Positions 48,536 through 57,943 of a DNA stretch of 64,000 nt are shown here, piece after piece; the stretch's first letter is position 1, and each line of letters begins with the position of its first letter. Where the stretch lies: positions 3,936,001-4,000,000 of the forward strand of contig OZ252098.1 in the NCBI GenBank assembly GCA_965248355.1, in the 5' to 3' direction. The notes below the pieces were generated by a model. It saw only the letters and a list, made by a program, of their open reading frames with translations. It ran no database searches and was not told where the DNA came from. The stretch is from Candidatus Latescibacterota bacterium (GTDB lineage Bacteria > Latescibacterota > UBA2968 > UBA8231). The position numbers were made by a program, and so were the translations under genes.

Positions 48536-49338
48536 TTGGGCTGCCGAATCAGCGCGACGAGGGCCGCCGTGAATCCTGCCACTTCGTCCGGGGTCCCTTC
48601 GTTCACGACTTTTCGTAGTGCCTTTCCGATCTTGCCGTCATCGTCTCTGTGCTCTGTCACGTACTTCACCGCACTATGCAGGTCCAGCGGCTTTGACCCT
48701 GATGCCATCTCCGGCACCGGCTCGGAGACCGTTTGATCCGGCATACGCTTGCTATCCGTTTGTTGGCCGCCTGGTTCTCCCGGTTGAGGATCGCGGGCAA
48801 CAGACGACGCAGGTGCCTCGGGCAATCTCTTCGGATCTGAGACGACTTCCCCGGCATGGACCTCGAGGGAGCGCGCCGCCCACACATGCGGTTGAATCCG
48901 CATCGCCGCGCCGTTGCCTCCCGACTCGGTCCAACCCTTGAAGGTGTTGGCAAACCACGATGCCCTGGGTTTGCTCAGGTTGAGCGCTGCGGCGCTGGTG
49001 GACTTTCCTGCGCCAAGGGCATAGCCGAGCCATACCGGAAGTTCGACCTTGGCGAAGGCCTCGACGTCGAAACTGTCCGGCCGAATGGCCCGACCTGTGG
49101 CGAGCCGCAACTGGGTGTCGTCGGAATAGCAGCCCGCGGGAAGCGTAGCCATGATGCCTGCTCGGCCTCCGACCCGCCGCTTCCATTCGACAGGCTCGCA
49201 CAGCGGCGCACCACCGGTTCGTCTTCTGAGTCCGGCTGCGTCGGTCAGTTCGCTGATCCACCCCAGGGCGTCGCCGTAGGCGGCCCACAACGATGATCGC
49301 CGGATTCTATCTTTCCGGACGGCGACCTTGGTTGTCAC
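48532..49338 (-). pseudogene. ADP-ribosylglycohydrolase-family protein with probable in-frame internal deletion
   Basis: AYGDALG, YSDDTQL, GNGAAMRI present; second half of the fold (DTDT-type motif) absent, jumps to a Pro-rich linker. Confidence 0.7.
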
Positions 49339-49427
49339 ATCTCCCTCCTGTTCGGCGACGCGGCTCACCGCTGTCGTAGCTCGGGCGCGGGGTGACGTTC
49401 TGTAACGTGCGCATCCAAGTGCCCGCC

Positions 49428-52400
49428 TCAACTGATCACGACGGGGCCTTGTTTAACCTGCTGCAGTAGATCCTGCTCCGTCTTCCTGACCCATGCGTTG
49501 ACGTCCTCCGCCGTGCGAAGGGTGGGGCTTTCCAGTTTGACGTGGCGGATCTTCGGCTCGACGAGCTTGTCCGCTTGGGCCCTTGCTTCGGCGAACAGGT
49601 GCGGCAGCGCGGCGATGCGGGTCCGCCAAGCGTCGAGGGAAATACGTTCGAGGGACTCCAGGACCTCCGACTCCGTGCCGGTCGGGCCTTTGGACGCCCT
49701 TTCGATGCGCAACCCTCCGAGTATATCTGCGCGATCCCGCTCCTTGATTCGCTGCCAGCTTTCGGCCTCTTCCAGGCGCCGGTGCTCCTGGTCATAGGTC
49801 GCGGCGTGACGTTCCTGCGACTGGGCCAGCGCGGTCCTCAGGGCATCCGTGAGTTTCGCCGAAAGGCCCGGTAGCGGGTCAGAAGGGTCGAGGAGTCGCC
49901 GCTCGCCCACGATCGCTTCAATCTGGGGATCTGCCTCCCGGCCGGCATCCAGGCCATCGGCGTGCCGGGCGAGAGCCTGTAGCCGCTGGAAAGCGGGCAG
50001 GCGTTTGGCCGCGAGGCTGCCTGCCTGGCTCCAGTCCTCTAGGTTGGCGACAAGCTCGTCGTGCCGGTCCAGAACGGCCAGGAGCTGCTCGTTGCCGGCG
50101 AGCGCCTGAAGGTCCGACAGATGTCGCGTATTCGGCCGTTCGGGCAACGGGGCATCCCCGCCGGCCTCTCGGGCAAGCTCATCCAGTTTGTGCAGCAACC
50201 GGCCTGCGGCTTCGGACTCCTCGTTCGGCCTGCACTCGATTCCCGCTGTCTGGAAGAGACGGCGCAGCTTCAGGCGCTGACGGGTGTCGATAGTTGCGCT
50301 CTCCACCCGGAAGTCGGCGTTCGCCACCTTCCCCTGATCGAGCCCTCGGGGGTTCAGGGCCACGCCGTTCGCGGAGGCTCGCAGGTGTCCGGCTTCAAAG
50401 AGACTGATGAGGGCCGCGTCGATGGCGTCGCGCGGCCAGCCGAAGGGCGGGCCGGAGAGGTGCGACCGGACCTCCTTTCCCTTTCTTCCTGAACCCACCG
50501 ACTCCAGCACGGCCGAGCACACAGGGTGTTCCTCGGTCTTGCCGCTGTAATCCAGGGCTGCCAGCGGGTGCTCGGCGCCGCCGCGGGCGCGCTCGATCAC
50601 CTTCGGCCACCGGTGGTCGTCGGCGTCGCCGAAGCGGTGGAAGAGCCGGTCGAGGGAGGCGCTGGCAGCTTCCGTCGTTTTCTCGGACAGGCTCAACTCC
50701 AGGCGCTCGTTGCCGCCTCCCTGGAAGACCTTGGCGCCGTTGGTGATTTCGGCCACCAGCGCCTTCTGCGCGTTCTCCGCTTGGGCGCGGCGCGTTTCCA
50801 TGCCCTGGCGCGCCTCGGTGCCTTCCTCCCCCGCGGGCACGCCCTTGTAGTCGAGCGTCTCCTTGGCGGCGTTGCTTTCGGCGATGCGCCGGGCCAGGTC
50901 GTCGGCGCGGGTCCTGGGCACGAAGACGTGGAGGACGGGGCTGTCGGGCCCGGCCGCGCGCGCGTCGGCGGTCACGCTGCCCTCGTCGGCTCCCCAGCCA
51001 TCCCGTATCCACACCGGGATATCGAGGCCGCCTTCGGGCGGGGGCTCGGCTCCGAAGTACAGGGAGGGCTTCCGGGGCTCCTTGCAGCTTCCTTGCAGCA
51101 GCCGCACGGACTTCACGGCCTCCTGCACGGCGGCGCCGAGGAGCTGGCTGCGCCGGCTGCCCATGCCCGCCGGATCGTTGGTCAGCCGGCTCTGCCGCTC
51201 GCGGAACTCGGCTTCCCATTCGCTGCTCTCCCGCGTCTGCATGCTGTATTCCTCGTCGAGCTTGATCAGCGTTCCCGCTTCCACCAGCTCGTCGAGGAGC
51301 GCCGGGAGCCGCCCGCGCAGGGCGGCCCCGTCCCTGGCCAGGTCCTCGACCAGCAGGTCCGCCAGCGCCCCGGCGGTGGCCCGCACCCCGATGTCGGCGC
51401 CGGCTTCGCGCGGGAGCTTGCGGATGAGGAACACGAGGGAGCAGAGCCGGGACTTGAGCTCGCCCTCGGGAGTGCCGTCGCGCAGCTTGACGATGGTCTC
51501 GTAGATCTCACGCAGCAGCACGCCGGATTGCAGGAGGTCGGCCGACTGCTCCTCGAAGAGAAAATCAGCCGGCACCACGGTGCCCACCGGATCGTCGGCG
51601 GTGCGGCGGATGGCGTCGTAGACCATGCGAAGCTGGGTGCGGAGCTGACCGGCCGTCCCGGCCCGGTCGACCGCCCGCAGGGTGTGCTCCCAGAAGCGCC
51701 GGCGGACGGGCAGCAACGGGTAATCCTCCACCAGGACCTGCTGGTCCTCGCCCCGGGGGCTGATCCGGCTGCCCGCGAGGTGCCGGTCGATCTCCCCGGC
51801 GCTCGCTTCCAGGGCCGACTGGATGTCGTTGACGCGGTCCTGGCGTTTCGCCAGGACGACCCGCCGGATCACCGTCTCCACGTCCTGGTCCGACAGTTCC
51901 ACGTTGACCCTGAACCGCCCCTGAAGACGTTGCAGGGCCGGGGTGCCGGACAGCGCCGTCTGCCCGGTGCCGACGAAGAGCAGGCGGTCTCCGAACCGCT
52001 TGCTGCAGGTCTCGACGAGATCCTGGACGATATAGGAGCGGTTGGTGTCGTCTCCGATGTACTGCTGTACCTCGTCGAGGACGATGACCGTGCAGGGCAT
52101 TCCGCCGCCGGGAGCCAGGGTGTCCTGCAGGACGGCGGTGAACTCGTCCGTGCTGACGTCTGCAGGCTTCGGAAACTGGGTACGCAACGCCGCCCTGGCT
52201 TGCTTCTCGCCGTCGGCGAAACCGGGGTCCGCGGCGAGCAGGGCCCTCGCGATAACCGGGCTCACGTACAGGTCGTTCAACTCGCGCCGAAACTCCCGGC
52301 CTTTCGCCTCGACCTTTTCTTGCACCTGGTCGTAGATGCCGTTCTTCTTGAGCCAGAGGCAGAAGCGCGTCTGGGGGTAGCTCTCGGGGAGCCCCGCTGA

Positions 52401-52868
52401 CTTGAAGACGATCCCGAGCAGCGCCAGCCGGACGCTCTCCCCGGCGCCGTCGAGCGTGCCGGCCGCGGCGTGCAGCCCGTGCTCCCGCCGGCCGAGGGTG
52501 GAGAGTTCCGTCAGCAGCTCCCGCACATCGCCCGGCAACCGGGCCAGGCCCCGGGCGTTGGCCCCATCCTCGGGGAAGGCGAAGTCCGACCACAGGAAGC
52601 GCAGCATCTTTGCCAGGTGCGACTTGCCGCTGCCGAAGAAGCCGCTGATCCAGGCCGCCGGCTGCTCCGGCTGACCCTGGTGGCCGATGTAGGATTCCAG
52701 GATGCGGACGAGCCCGCTGCGGTACTGTCCTTCGCAGACGAAATGCTCCAGCTCGAAGCGGAGCGTGCGGCGCTCCTCTTCGGTGGCGGCGTCGGTCACG
52801 GCCGCGACGCCCTGGTTCAGAAGCGCGATCTGGTCGGGATCTCTCTGGTAGACCGCCCGGTTCTTCAT
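49428..52868 (-). CDS. brxC: BREX P-loop ATPase BrxC
   Basis: 1146 aa; FVCEGQY, WISGFFGSGKSH, LDEVQQY, YPLLP, PFGWP. Confidence 0.92.
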   Translation of the reverse strand: MKNRAVYQRDPDQIALLNQGVAAVTDAATEEERRTLRFELEHFVCEGQYRSGLVRILESYIGHQGQPEQPAAWISGFFGSGKSHLAKMLRFLWSDFAFPEDGANARGLARLPGDVRELLTELSTLGRREHGLHAAAGTLDGAGESVRLALLGIVFKSAGLPESYPQTRFCLWLKKNGIYDQVQEKVEAKGREFRRELNDLYVSPVIARALLAADPGFADGEKQARAALRTQFPKPADVSTDEFTAVLQDTLAPGGGMPCTVIVLDEVQQYIGDDTNRSYIVQDLVETCSKRFGDRLLFVGTGQTALSGTPALQRLQGRFRVNVELSDQDVETVIRRVVLAKRQDRVNDIQSALEASAGEIDRHLAGSRISPRGEDQQVLVEDYPLLPVRRRFWEHTLRAVDRAGTAGQLRTQLRMVYDAIRRTADDPVGTVVPADFLFEEQSADLLQSGVLLREIYETIVKLRDGTPEGELKSRLCSLVFLIRKLPREAGADIGVRATAGALADLLVEDLARDGAALRGRLPALLDELVEAGTLIKLDEEYSMQTRESSEWEAEFRERQSRLTNDPAGMGSRRSQLLGAAVQEAVKSVRLLQGSCKEPRKPSLYFGAEPPPEGGLDIPVWIRDGWGADEGSVTADARAAGPDSPVLHVFVPRTRADDLARRIAESNAAKETLDYKGVPAGEEGTEARQGMETRRAQAENAQKALVAEITNGAKVFQGGGNERLELSLSEKTTEAASASLDRLFHRFGDADDHRWPKVIERARGGAEHPLAALDYSGKTEEHPVCSAVLESVGSGRKGKEVRSHLSGPPFGWPRDAIDAALISLFEAGHLRASANGVALNPRGLDQGKVANADFRVESATIDTRQRLKLRRLFQTAGIECRPNEESEAAGRLLHKLDELAREAGGDAPLPERPNTRHLSDLQALAGNEQLLAVLDRHDELVANLEDWSQAGSLAAKRLPAFQRLQALARHADGLDAGREADPQIEAIVGERRLLDPSDPLPGLSAKLTDALRTALAQSQERHAATYDQEHRRLEEAESWQRIKERDRADILGGLRIERASKGPTGTESEVLESLERISLDAWRTRIAALPHLFAEARAQADKLVEPKIRHVKLESPTLRTAEDVNAWVRKTEQDLLQQVKQGPVVIS

Positions 52869-52886
52869 ATAGATAGAGTACCCTTC

Positions 52887-53441
52887 TCAGTCTTCCTGCG
52901 CGGTAATCGGGACCGCGAGATAGTTCCACCCGTCGCGCGCGTCCAACAGGCGATAGTTGCCGTCTTCGTACTCCCCGGGGAAGAACACGGCGATTCGGCC
53001 CCTGACATCCCCCTCGATCGCCCTCATCAGATCCGACAACCGGACGAAACCGAACAGCGAGGCAATGCCGTAGACCCCGACGACCGTCTGGTCGTCCGCT
53101 TCCGGCCCCGTCAGCTTCTGGCGCAGAAGACCGGCCACATGCGCCAGGAACTCGTCGAGCTTGAGCTCCAGGTCCTCGGGAGACTCGAAGTAGCTGTGCC
53201 GATACTCCAGGCCGGCCATCCACTCGGCGAAGGCAGCGGTCAGGTCGCACTCGATCCAGCGGTGGCCCGCCTCCCCGGTGGCCAGCTCGAAGAGAGTCTT
53301 GCGCGCCCGCAGCCGCCGCTCGTCGGTCCGGTCGTACTGGATGAAGAGGGTGCGCTGCGCCCCGGCCAGATCCTTCTGCCATGGAAGGGCGATGTAGCGC
53401 TCGTAGCGCTCGGCGAGTCGGTCGATGCGTCCCAAGGTCAA
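52887..53441 (-). CDS. brxB: BREX protein BrxB (DUF1788)
   Basis: SLFGF, VFFPGEY....YRLLDARDGWNYLA; position between the brxA-like gene and brxC. Confidence 0.85.
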   Translation of the reverse strand: MTLGRIDRLAERYERYIALPWQKDLAGAQRTLFIQYDRTDERRLRARKTLFELATGEAGHRWIECDLTAAFAEWMAGLEYRHSYFESPEDLELKLDEFLAHVAGLLRQKLTGPEADDQTVVGVYGIASLFGFVRLSDLMRAIEGDVRGRIAVFFPGEYEDGNYRLLDARDGWNYLAVPITAQED

Positions 53442-54226
53442 AGCTCCGGAAAAGACACGTCGATCATCGCGCCGGACTGCTTGAGGTCGAGCAGCCCCAG
53501 GCGTTTCGCCTCCCAGGCCAGTTCGACAAGCTCATCCGCTCCGGCGTCCAGGACCGCGCACCACGGGGTCTCGAACAGCAGGCGGCCTCGGCGGCCGGAA
53601 CCGAAACCGATCCGAAGCGCGTACATCGTGGCCGCGGGTGTCGCCTGCACGCGCTGCCGGGTCTTCCTGCTTCGGCCTTGCAGGTGGCCGGACTGGGTCC
53701 AGGAGGAAGAGGCGTTGCGCACGACCTTGTCGAGGATGGCCTCGTTGAGGCGCTCGCCGGCAAGCTCGGACACGGCGTCCTTCATGGGCTGCCGAGCGAA
53801 CTCGTGGCCGATGGGGGTGCGGAGCACGGCTGCCACGGTGGCCCGCAGCAGAGGATCGCGCGCCAGGGCGAAGAGCAGTGCCAGAAGCGGACGACTGGAG
53901 TCGTGCCGGTCCCACAGGAGCCTCAGAGTACGGAACAGGATCAGCCGCCGGTCGAGACCATAGAGCTCGGTCAGGCGCTGGAGAGAGTGCCTGCGGTTGG
54001 CCGAGGTCCGCTTGCCCAGGCAGTTGTCGTCCATGACGGCGCGCGTGTAGTCCCCGCGGACCCCCTCGGCCGGAGCAGCCTCCAACAGTTGCGACAGCTC
54101 GTCCAGCATGATCGTCCGGCTCGAATGAGTGCCCCGCTCGCCCGAACGGAAGCCCCAGGCAGCGGCTTCCTTAGGCGGGAGACCGGCGATCCCCCGCTCG
54201 AAGTCGAGGTCTGAGATCGTGTCCAT
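53438..54226 (-). CDS. brxA: BrxA-like protein (first gene of the BREX operon)
   Basis: Position and size; N.LGKRT, RDPLL, SSWTQSGHL; overlaps the brxB start. Confidence 0.65.
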   Translation of the reverse strand: MDTISDLDFERGIAGLPPKEAAAWGFRSGERGTHSSRTIMLDELSQLLEAAPAEGVRGDYTRAVMDDNCLGKRTSANRRHSLQRLTELYGLDRRLILFRTLRLLWDRHDSSRPLLALLFALARDPLLRATVAAVLRTPIGHEFARQPMKDAVSELAGERLNEAILDKVVRNASSSWTQSGHLQGRSRKTRQRVQATPAATMYALRIGFGSGRRGRLLFETPWCAVLDAGADELVELAWEAKRLGLLDLKQSGAMIDVSFPEL

Positions 54227-54400
54227 TACTTAAGGAAAGATAACCACCTGTCTTGAAGACACAAATCTTCGCCGGCTGGTTTGCCGGCGATTCTATAAGT
54301 GTTTATTTGAGCAGTTATTGCCAACTCTCTGACGAACGGGTGGGAAGCCTCAAGGACTTAGGTTACTTGAGCAAATAGCCGATCCTCTGCAAAGATCACC

Positions 54401-55132
54401 ATGCCAACCCGCGACAAAGCCCAACTGCAGCACCACCTCGAAGCCCTGGGCGTCCACCAGGGAGACACCCTCTTCGTCCACTCCTCCTTCAAGAGCCTGG
54501 GCCCCGTGGCCGGCGGGGCCGGCACCGTGGTCGACGCCCTGCAGGCCGCCATCGGTCCCGAGGGCCTCCTCCTCATGCCCTCCTTCCACCTGATCAGGTG
54601 GGACGACCGGGCCCGCCTCTGGGATTCGGCCGCGACGCCCTCCACCGTGGGGTGGCTCACCGAGTACTTCCGCCTCCTGCCGGACACGCATCGCTCCGAC
54701 CACTACTCGCACTCGGTGGCGGCCAGGGGCCCCGGCGCCGAGGACTTCGTGGCCGGCCACCTGGGCCATGAGGGCCTGCCCTCCTCCTGGGACCGGCTTC
54801 CCTGGGGGCGGACCTACGGCACCCACTCGCCCATGTTCCGCGCCTGCCGGCGGGGCGGCAGGCTGCTCATGCTCGGCGTCGACTACGAGACCTCCACCTA
54901 CATCCACCTCGTGGAGGTCCTCTACTGGGACCACCTGCGGCGGACCGATCCCGAGGCCGCCCAGCCCCGCCTGGACCGCCCCCGGCTGGGGGCCTGGTGG
55001 GACGACCACGGCCGGCCGGCCCGGGGGCTGGTGGGCGACTCCCCGTCCCGCCTCTTCGCCATCGACGCCTATGTCGACGCCCTGCTCGCCGAGGTCGCCG
55101 CCGCGCCCGGACGCTACCTTTCGCCCCGATGA
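54401..55132 (+). CDS. AAC(3)/YokD-family N-acetyltransferase
   Basis: LFVHSSFKSLG, LLMPSF, GWLTE.FR, RS.H..HS, LMLGV, TYIHLVE. Confidence 0.85.
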   Translation: MPTRDKAQLQHHLEALGVHQGDTLFVHSSFKSLGPVAGGAGTVVDALQAAIGPEGLLLMPSFHLIRWDDRARLWDSAATPSTVGWLTEYFRLLPDTHRSDHYSHSVAARGPGAEDFVAGHLGHEGLPSSWDRLPWGRTYGTHSPMFRACRRGGRLLMLGVDYETSTYIHLVEVLYWDHLRRTDPEAAQPRLDRPRLGAWWDDHGRPARGLVGDSPSRLFAIDAYVDALLAEVAAAPGRYLSPR

Positions 55133-55917
55133 ACGGTCCCCGGCGCGTCCCCATCCTGGTCTACCACCACGTCTATCCGCAGGGCTCGCCGGAGCTGGAT
55201 CCGGCGGCGGACGGGGCCGGCATCCTCGGCGAGGCGGCGTTCAGCCGGCAGATGCTCTACCTCGTCGGCAGGGGCTGGTCCGTGGTCTCCACGTCGAGGA
55301 TCGCGGACTGGCTCGCCGGCGAGGCGGAGCTGCCGGCCCGCTCCGTGGCCCTGCACTTCGACAACGGCTGGCTGGACACCCTCGAGGTCGCCTTTCCGCT
55401 CCTGGAGGAGCTGGGCATGACGGCCACCTGCTTCCCCATCACCGACGGCGTCGAGGCCGCCTCCCGGGGCGGGACGGCGGCCGTGCGCACCCTGACCGAG
55501 GGCGTGGTGGAGAAGCCCTTCATGACCTGGCACGACCTGCGGCGGCTGCTGGCCGCCGGCTGGGAGATCGGCGGGCACACGGCCACCCACTGCAAGATGG
55601 CGGAGAAGCTCGAGGCCGAGGGGGACGCCGGGGTCATCGAGGAGGTCCGGACCTCCCACGGGCTCATGGAGAGGCACCTCGGCCGGGCGCCCGTCCACTT
55701 CGCCTACCCCAGCGGATCCCGCACCGCCGCCACCGACCGAATCCTGGCGGGGTCCTACCGGACGCTGCGGCTGTGGCACGTGGAGTGGCCGGTGCGCTGG
55801 ACCTTCACCGGCCGCGGCACCTCGCCCCTGGCCCTCGACTGTCAGAACATCGACAGGAGGATCGGCTTCCGGGATTTCGTGCGGATCTTCGAGGAGGCCG
55901 GGGCGGACCCGGCGTGA
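55129..55917 (+). CDS. Polysaccharide deacetylase family protein
   Basis: PILVYHHV, LHFDNG, WEIGGHTATH, FAYPSG. Confidence 0.85.
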   Translation: MNGPRRVPILVYHHVYPQGSPELDPAADGAGILGEAAFSRQMLYLVGRGWSVVSTSRIADWLAGEAELPARSVALHFDNGWLDTLEVAFPLLEELGMTATCFPITDGVEAASRGGTAAVRTLTEGVVEKPFMTWHDLRRLLAAGWEIGGHTATHCKMAEKLEAEGDAGVIEEVRTSHGLMERHLGRAPVHFAYPSGSRTAATDRILAGSYRTLRLWHVEWPVRWTFTGRGTSPLALDCQNIDRRIGFRDFVRIFEEAGADPA

Positions 55918-55942
55918 GGCCCCCGGGCGGGGGCCGATTGCC

Positions 55943-56668
55943 TCAGGCGAGGCGCTCGGCGTCGTCCTCCGGCGCGAAGCCCAGCTCCGACCGGGCGTTC
56001 TCCGTGTCCCAGTAGGCGCGGCGGTTGTCCGAGATCCCGTAGTAGATGCCGTACTTCACGTCCTCCGCCTCGACGGCGCGCCAGCAGAGCTGAACGGCGT
56101 CCCGGTGGCTCAGCCAGGTCGACAGGATGCGGTCGCTCTTGCGCTCGATGACGGCCTCCTCCGGCTGGAAGGAGCCGATGCGCAGGCAGATCACGGCGAG
56201 GTCGTGGTTGTCGGCGTAGTACCGGCCCAGGGCCTCGCCGTGGGCCTTGCTCGCCCCGTAGAAGCTGTCGGGGCGTACCGGCATGTCGGGATGGGTGGGG
56301 ATCCCCTCCTTCTCGTACATGCCGGTCACGTGGTTGGTGCTGGCGAACACGGCGCGGCCGCAGCCGCGGCGCACGCAGGCCTCGTAGACGCACCAGGTGC
56401 CCAGGCTGTTCTGGCGGTGGCAGTCCTCGAAGGAGGCGCTCACCTCCGGGTTGCCGGCCATGTGGATCACGGCGTCGCAGCCGTCCACGACCTGTTCCAT
56501 CTTCTCCAGGTCGGTGATGTCGGCGACGAAGACCTCCTCGCCGTCCCGGGCGGGCAGCACGGTCCGGTTGTAGAGCAGGCGCAGGTCGTAGCGCTCCTTC
56601 AGGCCCTCGCGCAGCACCCGGCCGATGCGGCCGGCCGCGCCCGTGATCACCACTTTCCGCTTCGCCAT
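55943..56668 (-). CDS. NAD-dependent epimerase/dehydratase (uronate dehydrogenase-like)
   Basis: ITGAAGRIG, FASTNHVTG, YGASK, LRIGS, WLSHRD. Confidence 0.85.
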   Translation of the reverse strand: MAKRKVVITGAAGRIGRVLREGLKERYDLRLLYNRTVLPARDGEEVFVADITDLEKMEQVVDGCDAVIHMAGNPEVSASFEDCHRQNSLGTWCVYEACVRRGCGRAVFASTNHVTGMYEKEGIPTHPDMPVRPDSFYGASKAHGEALGRYYADNHDLAVICLRIGSFQPEEAVIERKSDRILSTWLSHRDAVQLCWRAVEAEDVKYGIYYGISDNRRAYWDTENARSELGFAPEDDAERLA

Positions 56669-56718
56669 GCGCTCCTCCGCGGCCCCTCGCCGCTTGACGT
56701 TTCCGGGGGTCGAATCGT

Positions 56719-56747
56719 ATTGTCAAGAACTGACGTAATCGTGTCAA
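56719..56747 (-). promoter_or_regulatory. Candidate sigma-70 promoter in the divergent intergenic region
   Basis: TTGACA-17 nt-GACAAT on the minus strand; an overlapping TTGACG-18 nt-TATTGT on plus (56694-56723). Confidence 0.4.
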
Positions 56748-56778
56748 ATTACAACCACTTCCCACAATTCGAACCATC

Positions 56779-57939
56779 GTGACCCTCGCCTTCTGGACCG
56801 CGGCGGGACTGGTCCTCTACACCTACCTGGGGTACCCCCTGCTGCTCTGGGTCCTCACCCTCGGCCGCCGCCGCCGGGAGCGGGGCTCCAGGTCGCCGGA
56901 GCCGCCGTCGGTGAGCCTGATCGTGACGGCCTACAACGAGCAGGCCGTCCTCCGCGACAAGCTCGAGAACACCTTCGCCCTCGAATATCCCGCAGACCGT
57001 CTGCAGGTGGTGGTCGTCTCCGACGGGTCGACGGACGGCACCGACGAGGTGGCCCGTTCCTGCGAGGGCCGGCCGGGATACGTCTTCTTCCGGCAGGAGC
57101 CCAACGCCGGCAAGACCGCCGCCCAGAACGCGGCCGTGCGGGCGGCCACGGGCGATGTTCTCGTGTTCTCCGACGCCAACAGCATGTACGCCCCCGATGC
57201 CCTCCAGCAGCTCGTGATGTCGCTGGCCGAGGGTGTGGGGTGTGTCTGCGGCGAGCTGCGCTACACCAACCCCGCCCGCGCCGGGGCCGGCGAGGGCGAA
57301 GGATACTACTGGCGCTACGAGCAGTTCCTGAAGCGGCGCGAGAGCCGTCTCGGGGCCCTGGTGGGCGCCAACGGCTCGATCTACGCCGTGCGCCGCGAGC
57401 TGTTCGAGGAGCTCGATCCGCGGATCATCTCCGACTTCATCCTGCCCATCCGCCTGCGCCGCCGCGGGCACCGCGTCGTCTACGCGCCCCGGGCGGTGGC
57501 CGAGGAGGAGAGCGGCCGGGGCTTCGGCGAGGAGCTGAGGCGCCGGCGGCGGATCGTGGCCCGATCCCTCTACGGCCTGTGGCGGGAGGCAGGCGCCCTG
57601 AACCCCCTGGCCCATCCCCTGCTCGCCTTCCAGATCCTGTCCCACAAGGTCGTGCGCTGGCTCGTGCCCATCCTGCTGCTGGTGCTGCTGGCCGCCGGCG
57701 GAGCCGCCGCCGCGTCGGGGGTCGAGCCCTACGGGACGCTCCTGGCGGCCCAGCTCGGGTTCTACGGGCTGGCCCTGATCGGCGGTCTCTTCCCCCGCTG
57801 GTGCGGCCGCCTGAGCCTGTTCTACCTGCCGGCCTACTTCTGCGCCATCAACATCGGGGCCCTCCTCGGGCTTCTCGGCGCCCTGCGCGGAGAGCGTCAC
57901 ACGGTGTGGGAGCCGGTGACCCGCCCGGACCCGGACTGA
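56779..57939 (+). CDS. GT2-family glycosyltransferase (membrane)
   Basis: AYNE, SDGSTDGT, GKTAAQN, FSDAN, GANGSIYA, RRRR. Confidence 0.9.
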   Translation: MTLAFWTAAGLVLYTYLGYPLLLWVLTLGRRRRERGSRSPEPPSVSLIVTAYNEQAVLRDKLENTFALEYPADRLQVVVVSDGSTDGTDEVARSCEGRPGYVFFRQEPNAGKTAAQNAAVRAATGDVLVFSDANSMYAPDALQQLVMSLAEGVGCVCGELRYTNPARAGAGEGEGYYWRYEQFLKRRESRLGALVGANGSIYAVRRELFEELDPRIISDFILPIRLRRRGHRVVYAPRAVAEEESGRGFGEELRRRRRIVARSLYGLWREAGALNPLAHPLLAFQILSHKVVRWLVPILLLVLLAAGGAAAASGVEPYGTLLAAQLGFYGLALIGGLFPRWCGRLSLFYLPAYFCAINIGALLGLLGALRGERHTVWEPVTRPDPD

Positions 57940-57943
57940 CCCC

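Noticed and set aside
30026..54356. 10-bp inverted match at the island edges (tccttgaggc 30026-30035 / gcctcaagga 54347-54356) as element ends
   Set aside because: Short, overlaps the creatininase RBS, no TSD or transposase; compatible with chance
54401..55132. Aminoglycoside resistance gene
   Set aside because: Family-level motifs only; no mobile context, coupled to a polysaccharide deacetylase, and the family includes non-resistance enzymes
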